Assembly: GCA_964637295.1 (NCBI GenBank)
Contig: CAZWWE010000001.1
Span: 121,808-185,807, forward strand
Direction: 5' to 3'
From: an uncultured Pseudomonadales bacterium
GTDB taxonomy: Bacteria > Patescibacteriota > Microgenomatia > UBA1400 > PJMF01
DNA length: 64,000 nucleotides
Shown: in pieces, positions 25,258 through 36,548 of the stretch
Layout: every line of letters starts with the position of its first letter
Numbering within the stretch: the first letter of the stretch is position 1
The notes under the pieces: generated by a model
Told to the model about the DNA's origin: nothing
What the model saw: the letters and a program-made list of their open reading frames with translations, nothing else
Databases searched by the model: none
Made by a program: the position numbers and the translations under genes

Positions 25258-26109
25258 ATGTCAGAAAAATTAATAAACACGGAACCGAACAAAAACAGAA
25301 AAGAAAAAGAAAAAGAAAAAATCGAAAACATTCTTACAAATTGGCAATCTTTAACAACATGGAACAAAGGCGCACAAACAAATCCAAATTTTAGAGCAGA
25401 ATTTTTAAAATTATTAAAATTGGCTTGGCAAAATAAAATCATTGACTTACAAAATGATCAAGAAGAACAAGCAGAAGATTCTGAAACTAACACGGCACTA
25501 TTAATTCAATTAGCTCAAAGAAGCATGGCGCTTTGGTTTTTAATTGACGAAATTCCTGATCAAGACAGTGAACAATTAACAGCTTTGATGGCTTTGTTGC
25601 AAGACGACAAAATACCAGCAATTTGTAAAGCACCAGACCAACAACCAGCGATCATTCAAACTATTTTACAACAGCTATTATTAGCCGAAGAATCTCTCGA
25701 TGTGGCACTGTTAAATCCCGATCGATATCTGGAAAGAAAAACGAGGGAAAATCCAATATTAACAAAATTTGATCCTATCGATTGGTTAAAATCAATAGAT
25801 TTTGAAATTAAAGCAACATATAATCAGCCACTTGAATTTTTGATTAAGACTTTGTTATTTCAAATCAAACAAGAATTTTTAATTGTTAAGCAAAGAATGA
25901 GCCAAAATAATTTTTTCAGCACAAATGACTCAGTATCTTCAGAAAATCAAAATGAAGCTTACCAGGGTTTCTTCACCTTATATAAAATCTTAAAAGAAAT
26001 CATTTTGCTCAAATTGAAAAGATATAAAGGCGATGATAGCCAATTAAAAGACAAAATAGAGACAATCTTGAATGACGTGAGACCAAACACACTGTTCTAC
26101 GGCTCTTAA
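25258..26109 (+). CDS. Hypothetical helical protein
   Basis: 283-aa ORF with SD AAAGGA; no recognised motif. Confidence 0.65.
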   Translation: MSEKLINTEPNKNRKEKEKEKIENILTNWQSLTTWNKGAQTNPNFRAEFLKLLKLAWQNKIIDLQNDQEEQAEDSETNTALLIQLAQRSMALWFLIDEIPDQDSEQLTALMALLQDDKIPAICKAPDQQPAIIQTILQQLLLAEESLDVALLNPDRYLERKTRENPILTKFDPIDWLKSIDFEIKATYNQPLEFLIKTLLFQIKQEFLIVKQRMSQNNFFSTNDSVSSENQNEAYQGFFTLYKILKEIILLKLKRYKGDDSQLKDKIETILNDVRPNTLFYGS

Positions 26110-26121
26110 ACAAGCATTGTT

Positions 26122-26583
26122 TTAAGCTGATTTTTTTTGCTCTAATAAAGATTCTGGACTTTTTTTATTGATGTGAGGAATGCGAGGAATAAAAGCTACT
26201 AACAAGGCTACAATCAAGCCAATAGCGTGAAAATTGAAGCCAAAAGCCATGCCAATGGCTCCAGAAACCCAGATACTGGCTGCAGTCGTTAAATTTTTGA
26301 CATTTGCCCCATCTTTGACAATTAGACCTGCTCCAAGAAAACCAATGCCTGAAACAATTTGTGCCGCAATTCTCGATTTTGAAGCTGGATCTACTAAGCT
26401 CGACATAAAAGTAAACAACATCGCTCCAATAATCACCATCGTGTGCGTGCTAATGCCTGCGTCTTTACCGCGAGATTCCCTTTCCGCACCAATCAGAAAA
26501 CCCGCCAAAAAACTCAAGCCTAAATCGAGCAATAAATTGATTTCATTAATTCCAAAAAATTGAGCAAAAAACGGAGATGACAT
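26122..26583 (-). CDS. MgtC/SapB family membrane protein
   Basis: IGAERE..GKDAGISTH, SRIAAQIVSGIGFLGAG, LTTAASIW. Confidence 0.92.
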   Translation of the reverse strand: MSSPFFAQFFGINEINLLLDLGLSFLAGFLIGAERESRGKDAGISTHTMVIIGAMLFTFMSSLVDPASKSRIAAQIVSGIGFLGAGLIVKDGANVKNLTTAASIWVSGAIGMAFGFNFHAIGLIVALLVAFIPRIPHINKKSPESLLEQKKSA

Positions 26584-26608
26584 AAAGATCAAAAATACTT
26601 TAAAAATG

Positions 26609-26677
26609 TTGCGGAACTAGGAGTCGAACCTAGCCTGTGGGATTATGAGCCCCACGTGCACCGTACACTATCCCGCG
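26609..26677 (-). tRNA. tRNA-Met(CAU), probable initiator (C1:A72); CCA not encoded
   Basis: CGCGGGA-TA-GTGT-ACGGT-GCAC-G-TGGGG-CTCATAA-TCCCA-CAGG-CTAGG-TTCGACT-CCTAG-TTCCGCA-A cloverleaf. Confidence 0.88.
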
Positions 26678-26792
26678 TTTGCTTAACAAGCAATTCTCTT
26701 AGATAGGCTTGTTGTTAGAGTGAAATTATAACAAAATAAATTAGCATTATCAAGCAAGCTCGTGATAAAATACAGAATTGTCCATAAAATCA

Positions 26793-26866
26793 GGCGGGAT
26801 AGCTCAGTTGGTTAGAGCATCGGATTCATAAACCGAAGGTCCTGAGTTCGACTCTCAGTCCCGCTA
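26793..26866 (+). tRNA. tRNA-Met(CAU), probable elongator; CCA not encoded
   Basis: GGCGGGA-TAGCTCAGTTGGTTAGAGCA-TCGGA-TTCATAA-ACCGA-AGGTC-CTGAG-TTCGACT-CTCAG-TCCCGCT-A. Confidence 0.93.
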
Positions 26867-26920
26867 CAAAACAGACACCGCTAAAAAAACATTATTACAA
26901 TATCGTTTAAAAAAGCTTAT

Positions 26921-27346
26921 TTACTCTTTAAAATCTGCGACATCTGCACTTTGATAAAATCTTCGCAAAATTTTCTCCAAAACAGAGCCCAATCTAATTA
27001 ATAGAGCTCCTTCTTGTGGATTTTTACCATCCGAAGTTGGAACTAGAATGCTTTGCTCAAAAAGATGAGGTTGAAAGTTTTCACCTCTTTGAGCAATAAA
27101 AATTTTAAAAACTAGATTGTCCGTCAACTCATTTCTACCCAAGCAAGAAACAACTAGCGTGCCATTTTCATTCAACGAGCACTCTATCTTAGCCCGAATT
27201 TCGTCTCTTTTATCAACACAGCTAAGCAAAGGTTGACCCAAAGCTTGAAAAGTATCTTTAAGAATTTGAAAGACAATTTCCATTTCTTCAATCCAAGAAG
27301 GGGGCGTAAATATTTCTAAGCTCGCATCTTTGGGTTGTTCGTTCAT
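26921..27346 (-). CDS. Hypothetical protein
   Basis: About 140-aa ORF between groEL terminator and tRNA; start uncertain. Confidence 0.55.
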   Translation of the reverse strand: MNEQPKDASLEIFTPPSWIEEMEIVFQILKDTFQALGQPLLSCVDKRDEIRAKIECSLNENGTLVVSCLGRNELTDNLVFKIFIAQRGENFQPHLFEQSILVPTSDGKNPQEGALLIRLGSVLEKILRRFYQSADVADFKE

Positions 27347-27375
27347 ATATGGATATTTATTAATCATTTTTAAAT

Positions 27376-27409
27376 AAAAAAATAGCCCCAATTTGCATTG
27401 AGGCTATTT
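27376..27409 (-). terminator. Intrinsic terminator after groEL
   Basis: aatagccccaat-ttgc-attgaggctatt hairpin followed by U-run on minus strand. Confidence 0.7.
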
Positions 27410-27438
27410 GTGAAAGTCTAGATCAGAGCTGATTAAGC

Positions 27439-29079
<1,641 letters not shown>

Positions 29080-29082
29080 TCA

Positions 29083-29169
29083 CGATTTATTTTTTTCATC
29101 AGCGATCTCTTGAAGAGATATATCTCTTCAGGTGATCGAAGTTCTTCAAAAAATTAATCGCTCCTTTCT
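29083..29169 (-). promoter_or_regulatory. Split-RBS hairpin, copy 3 (groEL)
   Basis: mRNA reads AGAAAGGAG (29169-29161), 78-nt hairpin (29160-29083), UGACGCACAAUU, AUG; apical TGAAGAGAT-AT-ATCTCTTCA. Confidence 0.75.
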
Positions 29170-29188
29170 ATACATTTATTTGTATTTA

Positions 29189-29539
29189 TTACTTACTAAT
29201 AATGGCCAAAATGTCTTCAAATTTCAAAAATTGATATTCCACGTCGTCAATTTTAAATTCATTGCCGCCCCATTTTTTGTAAATCACTTGATCACCAACT
29301 TTGGCGGGAGCTTTGCAAGATTGTTGACCGGATTTTTGATCTTCACATTCACAATCACATTCACAAGAACAAGAGCAGGCACAATCTTCGCCCACAGCTA
29401 AAACCACTCCATATTGCGGTTTTTCACTTTCATTTTCAGGCAAAATAATTCCAGAGGCCGTTTTTTCTTCTACCTTGGCTGGCTCAACTAAAACATAGCC
29501 TGCACTTGGCTGAATTTTCTTGATATTGAGAGCTTGCAT
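29189..29539 (-). CDS. groS: Co-chaperonin GroES with Cys-rich insertion
   Basis: EEKTASGIILP, GVVLAVG, KVGDQVIY..WGG, DILAII; upstream of groL. Confidence 0.96.
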   Translation of the reverse strand: MQALNIKKIQPSAGYVLVEPAKVEEKTASGIILPENESEKPQYGVVLAVGEDCACSCSCECDCECEDQKSGQQSCKAPAKVGDQVIYKKWGGNEFKIDDVEYQFLKFEDILAIISK

Positions 29540-29611
29540 ATTTTTCCTTTCTTTATTTTGGAAATTAAATTAATTAATTAACTGCGCAAAATTTATCACA
29601 AAAATTTTTAC

Positions 29612-29638
29612 TTAGCAATAAGCAGTATTGATTGCTAA
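29612..29638. promoter_or_regulatory. CIRCE HrcA operator upstream of groES
   Basis: TTAGCAATA-N9-GATTGCTAA. Confidence 0.85.
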
Positions 29639-29648
29639 AAACAGCAAT

Positions 29649-31274
29649 TTAGCGCACTGCCAGAGTGTACACACCCACATTTCTCACTGCGGAATTCAAT
29701 AATAAACGGTAAATACTAAGATTTTGCTCTGCATTCTCAGCAATGAGTGTTGGCTGAAGTTGCAGTTTATTGGTCGAGTTAAAATATTCTAAACACCAAT
29801 GCTCTTTGCCTTGATTCCAAGAAACCCGCGGATTATCACAAATCAAATAAATATTTTTACTGCTTTCTTTAATAGAAACAAGATTATATTTATATCTGGC
29901 TGTTTCCACCAAAGGTAACTCCAAATTTTCTTCCAAATAAAGCCAATAAGCCGGAGCAGACCAATCGAGCTGATCGTCGATCACAAAAATAAAAAAATCA
30001 CTTTGATCGGCTAAATTTAGTTTGACATCTGCACTGATCATTTTGGTTGACCAGCGATATTTACTAATCAACTCTCGGTTGGAAACAGATTGCAAAACAA
30101 CTTGCTGCTTGATGGATAAAAGAAAAAAACTCAAAAGTAAACTAGTCAAAAGCAATAAAGACCATTTTTTCTTTAAACTCGATAAAACGCTGAGCCAAAA
30201 AAGAGGAGCAGCTAAGTAGAAAACTAAAAAATAATTTTCTGGTAAACTCAAATCATCATGCGTCACTAAAAAAACTATTGGTAATAATAAAAAAACTGAT
30301 AAAAGACTTAATGAATAAAATGTTTTTTTCTTGAAAAGAAATAATATAAAAATTAAAAAAATGGATAAAGCAAGCAATATCTCGGCAAAATTAAATTCGC
30401 CACTTCTCGTCAAACCATTAAAAAAAGTATTGAGATTTAAACTGAGACTGTTTAAGTATAAAGCTGAATTAGCGATGAAAATTTTATTAAGAAAAGTAAA
30501 AAAATAAGCTAAACCCTGATCACTTCCCTTAAGCATTAGTTGATTGGCAAGCAAAAACAAGATTGCGCCTAAAATTATCAAGTTAGGATAATTTAATTGA
30601 CTCAGTAAAAATCTTTGCAGCTTTGATTGGTTTTTTGTTTTAACATAAAATTTGTATTGTAAATAAGCGCTCATAGTCATCACCCAAGGCAAGAGAATCA
30701 AAGCAGCGTAATGCAAATTTAAGGCCGTAAAATAAAAAATAAGCGCTAAATTTAACTGATTAATTGCTTGTTTTTTATAAGCAGCTAAAAAATAATAAAA
30801 AGACATCATTAAAAATGGCGCCAATAAGTAGGGTTGGAAAACGCTTCTGCCGTATAAATTAAAAGTTGGCATTAAACAAAATAGTAGTACCGTGCCATAG
30901 CGTCTGATTTTGTCAGCAAACAGCAATTTGGCAAATAAATCAGCAAAAACTACCATGACTGAAGTTGAAAAAATGGCAAACAGTAATTGATAATAAAAAA
31001 CTTGACCAAATGAAAGCAAATAAAAAACCGCAAGAAAATAATAATAAAAAACACTGTTGGCTAAATAATTGTGACTTCCCGCCGCCCAAGGGGCAATCCA
31101 CTTAAGATCCTGGTATTCGACGATGTGTTTGGCTACCAAAAAATCCCGAGTATTGTCAGCAATCCAATCATAAGTTTGTTCAAAACGATAAAAACGCAGT
31201 CCGATCGCAAAAACAATGAATAGCAGAAAAACATAATCAAGCCAAGTAAGCTTGTTTATTTGGCAAAACTTCAC
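29649..31274 (-). CDS. GT-C fold (ArnT/PMT-like) multi-pass membrane glycosyltransferase
   Basis: LRFYRF...WIADNTRD loop after TM1, FYYY, QP motif, about 11 TM segments. Confidence 0.65.
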   Translation of the reverse strand: MKFCQINKLTWLDYVFLLFIVFAIGLRFYRFEQTYDWIADNTRDFLVAKHIVEYQDLKWIAPWAAGSHNYLANSVFYYYFLAVFYLLSFGQVFYYQLLFAIFSTSVMVVFADLFAKLLFADKIRRYGTVLLFCLMPTFNLYGRSVFQPYLLAPFLMMSFYYFLAAYKKQAINQLNLALIFYFTALNLHYAALILLPWVMTMSAYLQYKFYVKTKNQSKLQRFLLSQLNYPNLIILGAILFLLANQLMLKGSDQGLAYFFTFLNKIFIANSALYLNSLSLNLNTFFNGLTRSGEFNFAEILLALSIFLIFILFLFKKKTFYSLSLLSVFLLLPIVFLVTHDDLSLPENYFLVFYLAAPLFWLSVLSSLKKKWSLLLLTSLLLSFFLLSIKQQVVLQSVSNRELISKYRWSTKMISADVKLNLADQSDFFIFVIDDQLDWSAPAYWLYLEENLELPLVETARYKYNLVSIKESSKNIYLICDNPRVSWNQGKEHWCLEYFNSTNKLQLQPTLIAENAEQNLSIYRLLLNSAVRNVGVYTLAVR

Positions 31275-31289
31275 TCTACAAGTTTACCC

Positions 31290-31658
31290 TCAGCTTCTTA
31301 GGCCTTCAACTCCATAAAAAAGTGCATTAATCAAAGAGATCGATTTGCGCATATCCATGGCTAATTGCATCGACAATTGAGCTGTTTCTTGATCGACCTG
31401 CATGCCTTCCAAAGTTAAATTGGAATCGTCAACAAAAGTTTTCATTAAATTATCAAGAAAAACTTTGTTTTCAGTTACAAAAAGTTCTCGCTCGCTTTTC
31501 TTTTTAAGCATTACTTTTTCCAAATGAAAAACAATTTGTTGCATTTCTCTCGAACGTAAATAAAGATCAAATTTGAGATCAGCGCTATCTTCAATTGAAA
31601 CTAAAGTGGATAAATCAAGATTATTTAAAAGTTGGTAACTGTTATTACTTTTTGGCAT
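31290..31658 (-). CDS. Hypothetical protein
   Basis: 122-aa ORF divergent from tsaC. Confidence 0.65.
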   Translation of the reverse strand: MPKSNNSYQLLNNLDLSTLVSIEDSADLKFDLYLRSREMQQIVFHLEKVMLKKKSERELFVTENKVFLDNLMKTFVDDSNLTLEGMQVDQETAQLSMQLAMDMRKSISLINALFYGVEGLRS

Positions 31659-31689
31659 TATAATATGAGCCTATATCTTACAAAAAAAT

Positions 31690-32748
31690 ATGAAAATATT
31701 AAAGCTCAATTCTAATCGAGAGCAAATAATCACTGCCGCAGTCACTTGTCTAAAAAACGGTGGCTTAGTAATTTATCCGACAGAAACCGTTTATGGCATA
31801 GGGGCCATAGCCAACAATTCCATCGCGATTAGTAAGCTTTTGCAATATAAGGGTCGTCGTGAAGGCAAACCTCTGTCTATTGCTGTCACTGACCAAAAAA
31901 TGGCAGAAAAATATGTCGAGATCAATGAACAGGCTTTGAAATTTTATCAAAACTTTTTACCTGGTCCTTTTACTGTCATTTCAAAAAGTAAAAATCGAAC
32001 TGATCCTAGAGTTAACTCTGAATTTGGGACTTTGGGCATTCGTATTCCAGACTATCCACTCATTATTGAGATAATTAAAAATCTTGGCCAGGCCATCACT
32101 AGCACTTCCGCTAATGCTTCTGGTAAAAAACGACCCTACACCATTCAAGATATTTTTGCTGGCTTATCAGAAAAACAAAAATCTTTAATTGACTTAGTCA
32201 TTGATGCTGGCGAATTGCCCAAAAATGAGCCCTCGATCGTAGTCGATACTACACTCTCCACGCCAATTGCTTTGCGCGGATCATTGCAAGACGAAACAGG
32301 CGAAGTTCTATGGAGTGCTAGTGAGCAAGAAACCATTGAATTATCGGGCAGACTTTTACTCAATCACTTAAATGATTTGCAAAAAAACGGCCTAGTAATT
32401 GCGCTTAACGGACCGCTGGGAGTGGGCAAAACTATTTTTGCCAAAGGCGTGGCTAAATTCTTAGGGATCAAAGAAAACATTAATTCTCCCACCTATTCAT
32501 ATGTCAATGAATATTCATACAAACGTTTAAGCACAAAAGGCACTTTTTATCACATTGATGCCTGGAAAGTTGACGATCAAGCAGCAGTGAATTTTCTGGA
32601 AATTGAAAAAATGATTAAAAAAAATAACATTGTGCTCATCGAGTGGTTTCAGCAAATCAGTCAGTGGTTAAAATTAAATCAAAAAACTAAGTTACTAACT
32701 TTGAATTTTAGTGAAGAAAATCAGCAAAGAAAAATCATTATCAAATAA
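31690..32748 (+). CDS. TsaC (YrdC/Sua5)-TsaE fusion, t6A biosynthesis
   Basis: N-half IYPTETVYG, KGR..KPL, PGPFT, STSANASG; C-half GPLGVGKT, SPTY, YHIDAW, LIEW. Confidence 0.9.
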   Translation: MKILKLNSNREQIITAAVTCLKNGGLVIYPTETVYGIGAIANNSIAISKLLQYKGRREGKPLSIAVTDQKMAEKYVEINEQALKFYQNFLPGPFTVISKSKNRTDPRVNSEFGTLGIRIPDYPLIIEIIKNLGQAITSTSANASGKKRPYTIQDIFAGLSEKQKSLIDLVIDAGELPKNEPSIVVDTTLSTPIALRGSLQDETGEVLWSASEQETIELSGRLLLNHLNDLQKNGLVIALNGPLGVGKTIFAKGVAKFLGIKENINSPTYSYVNEYSYKRLSTKGTFYHIDAWKVDDQAAVNFLEIEKMIKKNNIVLIEWFQQISQWLKLNQKTKLLTLNFSEENQQRKIIIK

Positions 32749-32749
32749 A

Positions 32750-33880
32750 ATGCCAAAAATTTTAGCGATTGACACCAGTTGTGATGACAGCAGCGCTGCT
32801 ATTGTAGATGGCTCAACGGTGCAGAGTAATATTGTAGCCTCACAAAACCAAATTCATAAGCAATATGGCGGGGTTTTCCCAACCGTTGCTAAAAGTGAAC
32901 ACCAAAAAAATCTCGATCCCACCATTCATTTGGCCATGAAACAAGCACAGGTTGCCTGGTCAGAAATCGTGGCGATTGCCGTCACCATTGGTCCTGGCTT
33001 GGCTCCAGCACTTGAAGTGGGAATCGAAAAAGCCAAAGAATTGGCCCAAAAATATCACAAAAAAATCATTGCGGTTAATCACATTGAAGCTCATGCTCTC
33101 TCGCCTTTGGCGATCAATCATGGTCAAAAAAATAGCGGTGCGGCAAGAATAAATCTACCTAGTCTAGCGCTGGTCATTTCTGGCGGGCACAGCGAATTTA
33201 TTCTCGTAAATAAGATCGGCCATTACCAGATTATTGGCCAAACCATTGATGATGCAGCTGGCGAATGTTTGGATAAAGTTGGTCGCTTGTTGAATTTAGG
33301 CTATCCAGCTGGGCCACTCTTGGAGAAATTTGCTAAAAAAGGTCATCCTGATAAGTTTACTTTTCCCAAAGCCATGACTGCTCAGGCTAATTTTGACTTA
33401 AGTTTTTCAGGACTCAAAACTGCTGCGCGCACTTTAATTGATGATTTGGCAAAGCAAAAGCAATTAGACAAACAAAGCATTTATGATTTGGCCCTCGCCA
33501 TACAAACAGCGGTTTTTGCTCAAATTGCCTATAAGTTAGAAAGAATTTTGTTCAGTCCCAATTTGAAACAAAAACTTTATCCCCATCGCGATTTTATGAA
33601 ACATCTCAAAAAAGGCCAAATCATACCTAGTGAAATTAACGAAATTTGGCTTGGTGGCGGCGTCGCCGCCAATATAAGCTTGAGAAAAATAATCAGAAAA
33701 ACTCTTCGGGAATATCAACAATTGAGTAGCAAAAAAATCGAATTAAAAGTTCCTTATAGCAAAAAACTTTGTGGGGACAATGCGGCCATGATTGGCTTAG
33801 TTGCAAACTTTAAATACCAAAAAGGCGAATTTGCAAATAGTGCTATTTTGGACCGAAAACCAAATTTAAACATTTCTTAA
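32750..33880 (+). CDS. tsaD: tRNA threonylcarbamoyltransferase TsaD
   Basis: ILAIDTSCDD, GPGL, NHIEAH, SGGHS, DDAAGE, SFSGLKT, GGVAAN, DNAAMIG; ATG at 32750. Confidence 0.97.
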   Translation: MPKILAIDTSCDDSSAAIVDGSTVQSNIVASQNQIHKQYGGVFPTVAKSEHQKNLDPTIHLAMKQAQVAWSEIVAIAVTIGPGLAPALEVGIEKAKELAQKYHKKIIAVNHIEAHALSPLAINHGQKNSGAARINLPSLALVISGGHSEFILVNKIGHYQIIGQTIDDAAGECLDKVGRLLNLGYPAGPLLEKFAKKGHPDKFTFPKAMTAQANFDLSFSGLKTAARTLIDDLAKQKQLDKQSIYDLALAIQTAVFAQIAYKLERILFSPNLKQKLYPHRDFMKHLKKGQIIPSEINEIWLGGGVAANISLRKIIRKTLREYQQLSSKKIELKVPYSKKLCGDNAAMIGLVANFKYQKGEFANSAILDRKPNLNIS

Positions 33881-33916
33881 AAATAACTAGTTAAAGCTTG
33901 TGCTAAGATATATCTA

Positions 33917-35728
33917 GTGAAAGAGGCTCAATTCGTATCAATTTTAGCTCATCCTAGAGTAGATTTTTGTGCTGAGGTTGTAGCCAATCACAATCGCCAG
34001 CTAGTGATTGCCTATTCACTTAAAGGTCAAAATGCCAATAGTTTTTGCAAAGATTTGGCCCAAGAATTTTCAGGCTGGCACATCAGTAGTCCAGAAAATT
34101 TGCATCAAAAAATTCTTGATCTTTTAGTTTTTACTCATCAAGCAAAACTAGAATTAGCTTTTTCTCTCGCTTGTTTGCCAGCCATTGATCAACCGCAATT
34201 GCAAATCATTTTAGCGAGTTTTAATGGCCAAATTATTTTACAAAGAAAACAACAAGCCAAAATTATCCTGGAGAGTGTGGGTGAAATTAAAATGATTGTC
34301 GGCAACTGGCAAGCAAATGACCAAATTATTTTAAGCAATCAAGCGGCTAAAACCTTCAATGAAAACATTTTCAAATTATTGGAGGCGCAGGTCAGCCAAG
34401 AAAAATTGATTGCCTCACTGAGTTTATTGCAAAATCAAAAGCAAGACTTAGAAAGTAGCTTGGCCCTTGTGACTTATCAAGAAAAAATTTTTGCGGCCAC
34501 TCAGGTCATTCAGCATAGTCAAAAACAAAAAATTCAAAACTTATTCAAAAAAATTCAAACAATTGCTTTAAAAATCCCTAATTTTTTCAAAAAAATTAAA
34601 GATTTAATAAAAAAAATTTATACATGGCTCAAAAAACAAAATAGAAAAAAAGTAATCATCGCTCTTTTAGCGATTTTAGCTTGCATCATCATTTCTACAA
34701 CTATAGGTCTATGGCTCAAGCAGGATAAGCAAAAAAAATTGACGGCCATTCAAACCCAAATTGAATTAATCAAACAGGAAACTAGTCAAATTGATCAATT
34801 AGTATTACAACAACCGTTACTTGCCAGAGAAAAAGCACAAACTAGTTTAATAGCTTTGCAAAACTTGAAAAAAGAAAATAATCAGCCAAGTAGCGCGAAG
34901 CTCATCGATGCAGCCATCGCCCAATTAGAAAATCAAATTGCTCAAATTGCTGGAGAAAACTCTTTAGATCGTTTGTCGATTGCTTATGATTTAGGTAACT
35001 TTCTAGGGACTAAAATTGCACTAGCAAATGAAAATATTTATGTTTTGGAAAGCAATAATCAAGAAATTTTAAAAATTAATGCAGATCGCAGTCAAGAAAA
35101 AATTGCTTTAGCAAATACAAGCAAGCTCCAAGATTTTACGATTAGCGACAATAAATTATTTATTTTAAGCAATGGTTTACAAATGCTCGACTTACTTGCA
35201 AAAGAGCGTGGGTTTAGCACCATTAAACAGACGGGTGAATCAGATCGAGAAGCCAACCAACTAGAGAGTTTTGGCCCATACTTATATTTGATCAATAAAA
35301 ATAAACGCAACATCTATCGTTACTATTATCACAATGATCAATTAAGTGAACCGATCGGTTGGTTGATTGACAAACAAGGACTTAGTTTTGAACAAATCAA
35401 TGACTTAGCGGTCGATGGCGACCTGTGGCTAACAACTAAAAGCGGTCAAATCATGAAATTTAGTAAGGGTTCTCAAGTAGATTTTCAAATTAAAGGTTTA
35501 GGCAGCTTGCCTAATAGTCCACTTACTCTGAGTACTAATGAACAGATTGATCGCTTGGCGGTCTTAGAAAAACAAAACAAACGCTTACTAATTTTAACTA
35601 AAGACGGTCAATTAATTAATGAAATCAAAAGCAATGAATTATCTGGTGTCAGTAGTATTACTTTTAATTCAAATGGACAAAAAATTTATGCCCTCAGTGG
35701 CTCAATTATTTACGAAATAACCTTATAA
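33917..35728 (+). CDS. Membrane protein: degenerate PP2C-like N-domain, TM, coiled coil, C-terminal beta-propeller
   Basis: Single TM near aa 250; repeated IYVL/LFIL/LYLI/LAVDGDLW blades; N-domain assignment weak. Confidence 0.6.
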   Translation: MKEAQFVSILAHPRVDFCAEVVANHNRQLVIAYSLKGQNANSFCKDLAQEFSGWHISSPENLHQKILDLLVFTHQAKLELAFSLACLPAIDQPQLQIILASFNGQIILQRKQQAKIILESVGEIKMIVGNWQANDQIILSNQAAKTFNENIFKLLEAQVSQEKLIASLSLLQNQKQDLESSLALVTYQEKIFAATQVIQHSQKQKIQNLFKKIQTIALKIPNFFKKIKDLIKKIYTWLKKQNRKKVIIALLAILACIIISTTIGLWLKQDKQKKLTAIQTQIELIKQETSQIDQLVLQQPLLAREKAQTSLIALQNLKKENNQPSSAKLIDAAIAQLENQIAQIAGENSLDRLSIAYDLGNFLGTKIALANENIYVLESNNQEILKINADRSQEKIALANTSKLQDFTISDNKLFILSNGLQMLDLLAKERGFSTIKQTGESDREANQLESFGPYLYLINKNKRNIYRYYYHNDQLSEPIGWLIDKQGLSFEQINDLAVDGDLWLTTKSGQIMKFSKGSQVDFQIKGLGSLPNSPLTLSTNEQIDRLAVLEKQNKRLLILTKDGQLINEIKSNELSGVSSITFNSNGQKIYALSGSIIYEITL

Positions 35729-35801
35729 AATCTGATTAAACACCAATAGTTGCCCAAAGCCCTCATGAGCAAATCTTTGAAAAAATGCTAAAATAAGCCA
35801 A

Positions 35802-36254
35802 ATGTCGCTGATTTTCAACAAAAAAGCTCAGTATGAGTATGTGATTGGCAAAAAATTTGTAGCCGGCCTGATTTTGAGTGGAGCAGAAGTCAAAAGCTTG
35901 CGTTTAAAACAAGGCAGCCTAAATGGCAGCTACATCAAAGAAATTGCCGGAGAACTTTATCTGATCAATGCTCAAATTAACGCTTATGCTTTTGCTCAAC
36001 AAGAAAATTACGATCCCAAAAGATTGCGCAAATTATTGCTCAAAAAAAGTGAACTGCAAAATTTGATTGAAGCCAGTCACCAAAAAGGCTTGGCCATTGT
36101 GCCACTGAGTATTTTTTTAGCTCATAATCGACTAAAGCTGGAATTAGCGCTCGCCAAGGGCAAAAAAGAATTCGAAAAAAGAGAAAGCTTGAAAAAAAGA
36201 GATTTACAAAGAGAGTTAGCTTCAAAAGATAAAAAAATTAGAATTAATATTTAA
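35802..36254 (+). CDS. smpB: SsrA-binding protein
   Basis: NKKAQYEY, AGLILSGAEVKSLR, RKLLLKK, AKGKKEFEKR. Confidence 0.97.
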   Translation: MSLIFNKKAQYEYVIGKKFVAGLILSGAEVKSLRLKQGSLNGSYIKEIAGELYLINAQINAYAFAQQENYDPKRLRKLLLKKSELQNLIEASHQKGLAIVPLSIFLAHNRLKLELALAKGKKEFEKRESLKKRDLQRELASKDKKIRINI

Positions 36255-36308
36255 TTAAATTATAAAATCCCACTTGTTCTATCATAGAAATTAAGCTTTA
36301 ATGAAACT

Positions 36309-36536
36309 ATGCCTAAAAAAGTATTTTGGCCAGTTACTTTAGTAGTTATGGGACTCATTTTCATGGCTTCCAATATGGGCTACTTACCTCAAGCTTTTTG
36401 GAATTTGTGGCCACTCATTTTGGTCATCGTTGGCTTGGGTGGACTGATCACTGCCGATCGTGAAGAATGGCTAGTAGAAAATAAAAAAACCCTTACTAAA
36501 AAAACTGCCCCAAAAAAGAAAAAGTCAAAAAAATAA
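36309..36536 (+). CDS. Small membrane protein (LiaF-TM/DUF5668-like)
   Basis: FWPVTLVVMGLIF..NMG....WNLWPLILVIVGL pattern. Confidence 0.7.
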   Translation: MPKKVFWPVTLVVMGLIFMASNMGYLPQAFWNLWPLILVIVGLGGLITADREEWLVENKKTLTKKTAPKKKKSKK

Positions 36537-36548
36537 AGAATGATTGCT

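Noticed and set aside
23900-26866. Integrative element between the tyrosine recombinase and the tRNA-Met genes
   Set aside because: No duplicated tRNA 3' end seen, and the cargo includes an ftsB-like core gene.
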